Shown in pieces: positions 58,170 to 64,000 of a DNA stretch of 64,000 nt. This DNA comes from an uncultured Bacilli bacterium (GTDB lineage: Bacteria > Bacillota_I > Bacilli_A > RF39 > UBA660). The notes below the pieces were generated by a model. That model was not told the origin of the DNA, did no database searches, and saw only the letters and a list, made by a program, of their open reading frames with translations. Position 1 is the stretch's first letter. The number at the start of each line of letters is the position of its first letter. The position numbers and the translations under genes are program-made. The stretch is taken from the NCBI GenBank assembly GCA_934098705.1, contig CAKOPC010000003.1, positions 5,321-69,320 on the forward strand, written 5' to 3'.

Positions 58170-58189
58170 GGTACCTAATTGGTACCTAA
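58170..58189. repeat. Tandem pair of GGTACCTAAT repeats inside the right end of the island
   Basis: GGTACCTAATtGGTACCTAAT. Confidence 0.6.
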
Positions 58190-58237
58190 TCCTATTTTTA
58201 GAAATTTATCAAAGCACCAAATCCCTTATATTTCCTA

Positions 58238-58280
58238 ACAAAAATGAGAGCGATATAAGTTAATCGCTCTCTTCAGGGGG
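58238..58280. repeat. Right direct repeat (att-like) with GAGAGCG/CGCTCTC hairpin
   Basis: See left repeat at 44567-44600. Confidence 0.5.
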
Positions 58281-58403
58281 TTTTGGTTGAATACTACTTT
58301 CACAATAACCGTAAAAGCAGTGCGGGTATCATCACCACGCATTTTAATCATAAAGTATTTTTAGTAAAAAGTCAAGGGTGATTTTAAAAATTGTAAAAAA
58401 AGT

Positions 58404-60410
58404 TTACCCCTCTTTTATGGTATCAATAATTTTCTTTTTTAAATTGTCATATTTTTCATCTTTATTATTTAAAAATTCAAGTGAATCTTTTTTTGCTTGT
58501 AAAAGGATTTTATAATCCTCTTTTATGTTAGCAACTTTAAATGTCATGTCTCCACTTTGTTTTACTCCAAATAAATCGCCATGTCCTCTTAATTTAAAGT
58601 CCTCTTCACTTATTTCAAAACCATCATTTGTTTTTGTCATAACATCAAGTCTTGCTGTATCGCTATCACTTATTAAAATACATGTACTTTGCATGTCATT
58701 TCTTCCAACTCTTCCTCTTAACTGATGAAGTGTTGAAAGTCCAAATCTATTAGCATCAAATATTACTATCATCGTTGTATTAGGAACATCAACTCCAACT
58801 TCTATAACAGTTGTACTTATTAATATTTGTGTTTTATTGTTAACGAACCTCTCCATTATTTTATCTTTATCTTGTTGATGTAATTTACCATGTATTATAT
58901 CTATATTATATTTACTTCCAAAAGCAAGATTCATTTTATCTTTTAGTTCAGTAACTGTTGTTAAATCAGTTGTTTCACTTTCTTCAATTAAAGGTGCTAT
59001 AACGTATATTTGGTGGTTTTCTTTTAATTCATCATACATCATTTTTAAAACATCTTTCATCTCTTTAGTTGTTTTTAAATAAGTCTTTATTTTTTTTCGG
59101 CCACTTGGTAATGTTTTAATTGTTGATATATCCATATCTCCATATATAGTTAAGGCATATGTTCTTGGAATTGGGGTTGCACTCATATAAAGTATATCTG
59201 GATACTCTCCTTTATTTTGTAAACTTGTTCTTTGAAGCACACCAAATCTATGTTGTTCATCTGTTATAACAAGTCCTAAGTTTTTGTAACTAACACCTTC
59301 TTGTATAAGGGCATGTGTTCCTATTATTATATCAATACTTCCTTCTTCTAGCATTTTATGTATGTCATCTTTTTCTTTTTTCTTCATACTTCCAGTAAGT
59401 AGTCCTACTTTGATGTTAATGTCTTTAAATAACTTACATATATTTTCATAGTGCTGATTTGCAAGTATTTCAGTCGGGGCCATCAAAGCACTTGTATAAC
59501 CGCTTAAATAGGTTGCATACATAGCAAGTATGGCAATTATTGTTTTACCACTTCCAACATCACCTTGTAGTAATCTATTCATCCTGTATGGTGAATTTAA
59601 ATCATTTAATATTTCAAAAAGCACTTTATTTTGATCCTCTGTTAATTTAAATGGCAATTTTGCTATAAAATTATCAAGTGCCTCATAATTTATATCTTTA
59701 ACAGTACCACTTTGTTTTGTTTTATATTTTAGTTTAACATAATTTATTTTTGTCATGAAAGAAAATAATTCTTCATATTTTAATCTTATTAAAGCTTCTT
59801 TTAACTTTTCATATGATGGCGGATTATGTACGATATTAAGTGCGGTTTTCTTATTTAGAAAGTTATATTTACAAGTTATATAATCAGGAATATAATCATC
59901 TATCTTGTTGCCGTACTGCATTAATGCTTGATTTATAAATACACTTAAATTTTTAGAATTTAGTGATGTTGTTGAGTGGTATACTGCTTCTATCTTCTCA
60001 CCCTTTGGTAAAAGCCCCATTCTAATTTCTGATGCTATTATTGTATTTTTTTCCTTTTCGTATTTACCAATTACAATTATTTCTTTACCAACCTCTAAAT
60101 CTTTTTTTAAGTATGCTCTATTAAATATGGAAACACCAACTATCATACCATCACTTGTTACAAGTCTAACATTCATTTTATTTAAGTTGTTCTTAAGTCT
60201 TATTAATATGGGAGTACAGTCAACCTTTCCATCTACAATACATTTTTCTTGCTCGTTATAATTTCTTAAATCAGTTCTTTTAATTAAATCATATCTATAT
60301 GGATAATGAGTTACCAAATCATCTACTGTTTTTATATCTAATTTTTGAAGTAACATTAAACTTTTTGGTCCTACACCTTTTACTAACTTTACATCTATCA
60401 AGTAAATCAC
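58404..60410 (-). CDS. recG: ATP-dependent DNA helicase RecG
   Basis: 668 aa. N-terminal wedge/OB domain, Walker A LLQGDVGSGKT, DEQH box (ITDEQHRFG), helicase C motifs. Confidence 0.9.
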   Translation of the reverse strand: MIYLIDVKLVKGVGPKSLMLLQKLDIKTVDDLVTHYPYRYDLIKRTDLRNYNEQEKCIVDGKVDCTPILIRLKNNLNKMNVRLVTSDGMIVGVSIFNRAYLKKDLEVGKEIIVIGKYEKEKNTIIASEIRMGLLPKGEKIEAVYHSTTSLNSKNLSVFINQALMQYGNKIDDYIPDYITCKYNFLNKKTALNIVHNPPSYEKLKEALIRLKYEELFSFMTKINYVKLKYKTKQSGTVKDINYEALDNFIAKLPFKLTEDQNKVLFEILNDLNSPYRMNRLLQGDVGSGKTIIAILAMYATYLSGYTSALMAPTEILANQHYENICKLFKDINIKVGLLTGSMKKKEKDDIHKMLEEGSIDIIIGTHALIQEGVSYKNLGLVITDEQHRFGVLQRTSLQNKGEYPDILYMSATPIPRTYALTIYGDMDISTIKTLPSGRKKIKTYLKTTKEMKDVLKMMYDELKENHQIYVIAPLIEESETTDLTTVTELKDKMNLAFGSKYNIDIIHGKLHQQDKDKIMERFVNNKTQILISTTVIEVGVDVPNTTMIVIFDANRFGLSTLHQLRGRVGRNDMQSTCILISDSDTARLDVMTKTNDGFEISEEDFKLRGHGDLFGVKQSGDMTFKVANIKEDYKILLQAKKDSLEFLNNKDEKYDNLKKKIIDTIKEG

Positions 60411-60570
60411 GTCCTTTTTTCAAGGCATATTATATCACAATTTTTTATTTTTTTAAAGGCTATTTTAAATTTATTTTACGCTAATTTTACTTTTTTTATT
60501 CTTCAAGTTTATCTCTTGCATTTTAAATTTAATGGACATATTCGTTTTATTGCTACTTTATTTATTATTT

Positions 60571-60622
60571 TATGTTTTTGTTTTATGTTTTTGTTTCATG
60601 TTTTTGTTTCATGTTTTTCTTT
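60571..60622. repeat. Tandem repeat, ~4 copies of ATGTTTTTGTTT(T/C)
   Basis: ATGTTTTTGTTTT ATGTTTTTGTTTC ATGTTTTTGTTTC ATGTTTTTCTTT in a 290-bp AT-rich intergenic region. Confidence 0.7.
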
Positions 60623-60806
60623 ATTATTTTATTTTTATTATTATTGATAATCATCCTTACCTTCTACGATTATTATTTATAAATATATAGATATATATAT
60701 TATACTTATATCCTTATTTATATATATCTATTTTTACTAATGCTTAGTCCTTACCTAGTAAAAAAAGAGGCTTAATTTTTATATTAACCCTACACCTTAT
60801 TTTATA

Positions 60807-61625
60807 TTATCTTATCCTTTTAAATATATTTGTTTCATTTACCTCTTTTTTAGAAACAGATAGTATATAATTGATATCTTCCTTTGTAAGAGGCATACCA
60901 GATATTAATCTTGACTTATCATTATTTCTTTCAACATGTAAATTAAGATTATAATACTTATATATTTCTTCTTTTAAGCTATCTTTAAATAATTTATCGT
61001 GATAAGAATAAGGACTTGTTAGATAACTATAAAATAAAGTATTTGAAACCTTATAATATCTTTTTAAAAAATAACATAAATATCTATTGTAAAACCAAAG
61101 CACTTTCTCATCTACTTTAAATGGCAAATTCTCTATAAATTTAATAGTATTCATACCTTCATTTACAATAGCATTATATTCATCATATAAAGTGTTATAA
61201 TTTTTTTCATATATTCTATATTTATAAAAAAATAATAAGTTACACTCAAGCAACATTTTATCATCTTGGGTTATATTATTTTTACCATTTAATATTTCTG
61301 CTACATTTTTAGTTTGTTTTACATGTTCTATTTCATGAAACATAAGTGTTATAAGCATAATATTATAATAATTTGGTTTCTTTAAAAAATTATCTATTAA
61401 AGAATTATTATACTCTATATTTATACTTTTACCAAAACTATCGTAATAACTATTATTTTTTTTAATAAATTTATTTTCATCATTTAAAGTTACTTTATTA
61501 CAATATAAAAGTAGGTTTTCTTTTTCTAATATAGTTAAAACTAAATTTTTTAAGTCTTTTTCTTTTATAAAATGATTTTCATAAAAAGAATTTATAATAT
61601 TAGATTCCCATTCCATATATATCAC
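60807..61625 (-). CDS. HExxH-motif hypothetical protein
   Basis: LMFHEIEHVKQ motif; 272 aa; no signal peptide. Confidence 0.35.
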   Translation of the reverse strand: MIYMEWESNIINSFYENHFIKEKDLKNLVLTILEKENLLLYCNKVTLNDENKFIKKNNSYYDSFGKSINIEYNNSLIDNFLKKPNYYNIMLITLMFHEIEHVKQTKNVAEILNGKNNITQDDKMLLECNLLFFYKYRIYEKNYNTLYDEYNAIVNEGMNTIKFIENLPFKVDEKVLWFYNRYLCYFLKRYYKVSNTLFYSYLTSPYSYHDKLFKDSLKEEIYKYYNLNLHVERNNDKSRLISGMPLTKEDINYILSVSKKEVNETNIFKRIR

Positions 61626-61753
61626 TATATTTAGTATATCATAAGTTTTATAAATAGCAATTTTTATGTAAAAATATAAAGCAAAAAAGGATTATTGCTA
61701 TCTTTAACATTAATCCTTTTTATATTATTTTTTTAAAATTTAGCTAAACCTTA

Positions 61754-63553
61754 CTATTTTTTAGTACCTTTATCTGTTTCTTTATCTTTATTTTCATTAG
61801 ATTCTTTATTTTCTACTTCTTTAGAAGTATTACTTAATATTAATTTTTCAATATTAGTATTTTTAGTATTTATATCAGTTGGTTTAGTTTCTGTTTCCTT
61901 ATTTAAAACAAGTTTATTTGAAAGGTCATAATCACTACTTATTATTTGGTCTTCTTTCTTTTTAAATATTTTCTTTCTAAATAAGAATAATAATAGTAAT
62001 AGAATAGCTATAAGTCCTAAAATAATATATAGTAAGTTTCCACTTTTTTCTTCATCTTTTACTATTTCAATAGAATATACTTTTGCAAGTCCAGACTCAC
62101 TTTTAACTGTTATTTTTATAATACTACCATTTTTTAGGGCATTATTTCCTTCCACTTGAATTTGTGAGTTTTTATCTTCTGCGGTATAACTAATGCTTAA
62201 TCTATCCTCTTGTTTTATCTTTACTTTATAATTTTCTACTTCTTTATTAAAATCTATATTATACCCACTTATTACAAGCTCGCTTAAGTAATTATTTTTA
62301 GATAATTCTCTTCCTTCTTCTAATCTGTTAACTCTTACTTTATAAGTTAAAACAGAACCATTTTCTGCAATACAGTTAATAGTAAAGTCGTTTGCTCCTA
62401 TAAGAAGTGATCTATTTCCTATTACTTCTACTTTAGTTTTATTATCTTCTGGTACAGCAATTATTTGTGTTTCAAGAACATTATATAAAACATTAACATT
62501 ATATTCATATATATTTTTGTCAAAATTAAATTCTGTTCCTACTACTTTTAAACCTTTTAAAAAGTTATTACTACTTTTATCAACTCTTACTATATTTAAA
62601 GTATATGTTTTAGTAATACCTGTTTCACTTACAACTTGTATAGTAACCGTTGTAAGACCATTTGCAAGATCTATTGTTCTAGGTCCATATCCTTCTTGAT
62701 ATTGTGATGATTCTACTTCTTTTTTAGCTTCTATTGTTAAGCTTTTTACGTTATTAGATACTGATACGTTGTATGATAAAACATTTTTATCAAATTTTGG
62801 AGATAATACTCCTTCACTTACCTTTAATTCTTTTAAGTTATTGTTACTACTTCTTTGATCTAATCTTTCAATGTTAATTGTATAGGTTGTTGTTGAACCA
62901 TTTTGAGCTATTACAACAACTTGTATAGTATTTTTACCATAGTTTAAATCAACTGTTCTAGGTCCATATCCTTCTTTAAATTTAGAGTTTGTATCCATTA
63001 AAGTTGCATTAATACTTATGCTATCCTTACTTGTTTTTAGACTGTAATTTAACTGTTTTGGACTGAATGAAAAATCAATTCCTCCAACTGTTAAATTTCT
63101 AAGTGAACTATTATTGGATAATACTTCTAAATTAAATGAACTTTCGCTTTCTGTATCATATCCTTTAATTGTTATTTGTTTATTGCCATATGATGCATTA
63201 TCACTTACTTTGAATTTTAAAGTTACAATATTAAAGTCAATAGTAAGTCCCTGTCCTTCTTCATAATTTGATGTAAGATCTATTAGATTTTGAGAATTAC
63301 TTTTCCAACCAGTTGCAGCTTCAATACCAGTAAGTGTAAAATCACTTGGGTATACTAAATTTGATTTAAACTGGGAAAGTGGATTTTCTGTTGTTGGACT
63401 TACTGTTACATCACATTTAAAAGTGTTGCCCTTTACAACTTTAGTATCACTACATTTTATAGATGCTGGTACTTTAGCACTTACGTTTATGCCTATAAAT
63501 AATGATACACATAATATAGCAAAATTTATAATTTTTTGTTTCCTGTTTTTCAT
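61754..63553 (-). CDS. Cell-surface protein with tandem cadherin-like beta-sandwich repeats, N-terminal signal peptide and C-terminal TM anchor
   Basis: Signal peptide MKNRKQKIINFAILCVSLFIGINVSA. At least 4 repeats of ~90 aa (NNLKELKVSEGVLSPKFDKNVLSYNVSV...TYTLNIVR). C-terminal LLYIILGLIAILLLLLFLF plus Lys-rich tail. Confidence 0.55.
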   Translation of the reverse strand: MKNRKQKIINFAILCVSLFIGINVSAKVPASIKCSDTKVVKGNTFKCDVTVSPTTENPLSQFKSNLVYPSDFTLTGIEAATGWKSNSQNLIDLTSNYEEGQGLTIDFNIVTLKFKVSDNASYGNKQITIKGYDTESESSFNLEVLSNNSSLRNLTVGGIDFSFSPKQLNYSLKTSKDSISINATLMDTNSKFKEGYGPRTVDLNYGKNTIQVVVIAQNGSTTTYTINIERLDQRSSNNNLKELKVSEGVLSPKFDKNVLSYNVSVSNNVKSLTIEAKKEVESSQYQEGYGPRTIDLANGLTTVTIQVVSETGITKTYTLNIVRVDKSSNNFLKGLKVVGTEFNFDKNIYEYNVNVLYNVLETQIIAVPEDNKTKVEVIGNRSLLIGANDFTINCIAENGSVLTYKVRVNRLEEGRELSKNNYLSELVISGYNIDFNKEVENYKVKIKQEDRLSISYTAEDKNSQIQVEGNNALKNGSIIKITVKSESGLAKVYSIEIVKDEEKSGNLLYIILGLIAILLLLLFLFRKKIFKKKEDQIISSDYDLSNKLVLNKETETKPTDINTKNTNIEKLILSNTSKEVENKESNENKDKETDKGTKK

Positions 63554-63656
63554 AATTTTTTCTCCCTCTTATTCTATTTTAATATACCATAAATTGGTTA
63601 TTCTTTCAATAATTTTAAAAGAGTTAAATATTTTTTTTAACAATTAACAAAAAAAA

Positions 63657-63800
63657 CTTGACATTTTAAACAAAAATGATTAATATATAAATCACCAATT
63701 CGAATTTAGGCGAATTGGAATGCTAGTATCACACTAGCCAACCCCTTTTTATTCTTTTTATTGAAGCTGTTCCTTCAGGGGGTACAGCTTCTTTTTTATG
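63657..63800 (+). ncRNA. Candidate short non-coding transcript between a sigma-A-like promoter and an intrinsic terminator
   Basis: TTGACA-17bp-TAATAT at 63657-63685. Two hairpins (CCAATTCG-aatttagg-CGAATTGG; CTAGT-atcac-ACTAG). Terminator GAAGCTGT-tccttcagggggt-ACAGCTTC + TTTTTT. No ORF. Confidence 0.25.
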
Positions 63801-63811
63801 TTTTTTAGTAT

Positions 63812-63848
63812 AAAAAAAAGGTATAACTATAAATTACTGGTTATACCT
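63812..63848. terminator. Bidirectional intrinsic terminator
   Basis: AAAAAAAAGGTATAAC-tataaattact-GGTTATACCTTTTTT. Confidence 0.45.
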
Positions 63849-63869
63849 TTTTTATAATTTAATACATAT

Positions 63870-64000
63870 TTATTTTGTTATATTTTTTTCTCTTACTAAT
63901 TTTTCAAGTTTTTCATTTTCTTTACAAAATATTTCTACAAATAATTCACTATTTTTTATATCAATTCCTAAAGCATTATAAAACTTTGGTACATTATCAA
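63870..64000 (-). CDS. Partial CDS (C-terminal end) continuing beyond the window
   Basis: Open minus-strand frame ...DNVPKFYNALGIDIKNSELFVEIFCKENEKLEKLVREKNITK* with stop at 63870. Confidence 0.3.
   Translation of the reverse strand, partial: DNVPKFYNALGIDIKNSELFVEIFCKENEKLEKLVREKNITK

Larger units (their letters stand above)
44465..58300. mobile_element. Integrated genomic island (~13.7 kb): degenerate prophage/PICI-like element carrying an R-M system
   Basis: Bounded by imperfect direct repeats (44567-44600 and 58238-58280). Contains a frameshifted tyrosine integrase, a CI-like repressor with operators, replication genes, an HNH endonuclease, an IS3 insertion and R-M cargo. Left end abuts a truncated methyltransferase gene. 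Confidence 0.55.

Noticed and set aside
60571-60622. Possible CRISPR array
   Set aside because: Repeats are 12-13 bp and contiguous with no spacers; not a CRISPR.
63690-63740. tRNA-like TTCGAAT-containing hairpin
   Set aside because: No acceptor stem/cloverleaf; the hairpins are simple perfect inverted repeats.

Overview
Low-GC (~25-28% GC) Clostridium-like Firmicute chromosome segment, dense with minus-strand genes. (1) 1-14.2 kb: conjugative type IV secretion module of an integrated conjugative element. It has a partial VirD4/TraG coupling protein, a VirB4 ATPase split into two overlapping ORFs, a VirB3-like protein, three tandem VirB6-like paralogs with hypervariable Cys-rich loops and divergent C-terminal tails, two VirB2/TrbC-like pilin candidates, an HExxH protein and a membrane-anchored thioredoxin-like CxxC protein. 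XRE regulators, SSB, a pyrimidine-nucleoside phosphorylase and an ISL3 transposase remnant follow up to ~17.4 kb. (2) 17.4-27.7 kb: chromosomal genes (VanZ-like, epimerase, flavin reductase-rubredoxin fusion, Ndk, HExxH exoprotein, acyltransferase, rhodanese). (3) 27.6-42 kb: HU, an orphan REC-like protein, a small XRE HTH gene, a histidine-kinase remnant, a Fur/PerR-rubrerythrin operon, a TetR/MMPL divergent pair, a SipW-type signal peptidase/TasA-like fibre operon, and an MBOAT + DHHW O-acyltransferase pair. Six promoters in this stretch carry the same palindromic operator, TACYGAWWTCRGTA, placed just upstream of an extended -10; one of them drives a putative sRNA. (4) 42-44.5 kb: decayed genes (truncated FtsX permease, frameshifted GNAT, C5-methyltransferase C-terminal fragment). 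(5) 44.5-58.3 kb: a ~13.7 kb genomic island flanked by imperfect ~35-45 bp direct repeats and by GGTACCTAA repeat pairs. It carries an R-M system (controller HTH, DUF559-nuclease/SF2-helicase restriction subunit, beta-class methyltransferase), an orphan 570-aa protein, and a phage/PICI-like lysogeny-replication module (HNH, replisome organizer, CI-like repressor with three operators). Its tyrosine integrase is frameshifted, an IS3-family element (perfect 24-bp IRs) is inserted in it, and two unknown cargo genes remain. (6) 58.4-64 kb: recG, a 4x 12-bp tandem repeat, an HExxH protein, and a surface protein with cadherin-like repeats. No rRNA, tRNA or CRISPR array detected.
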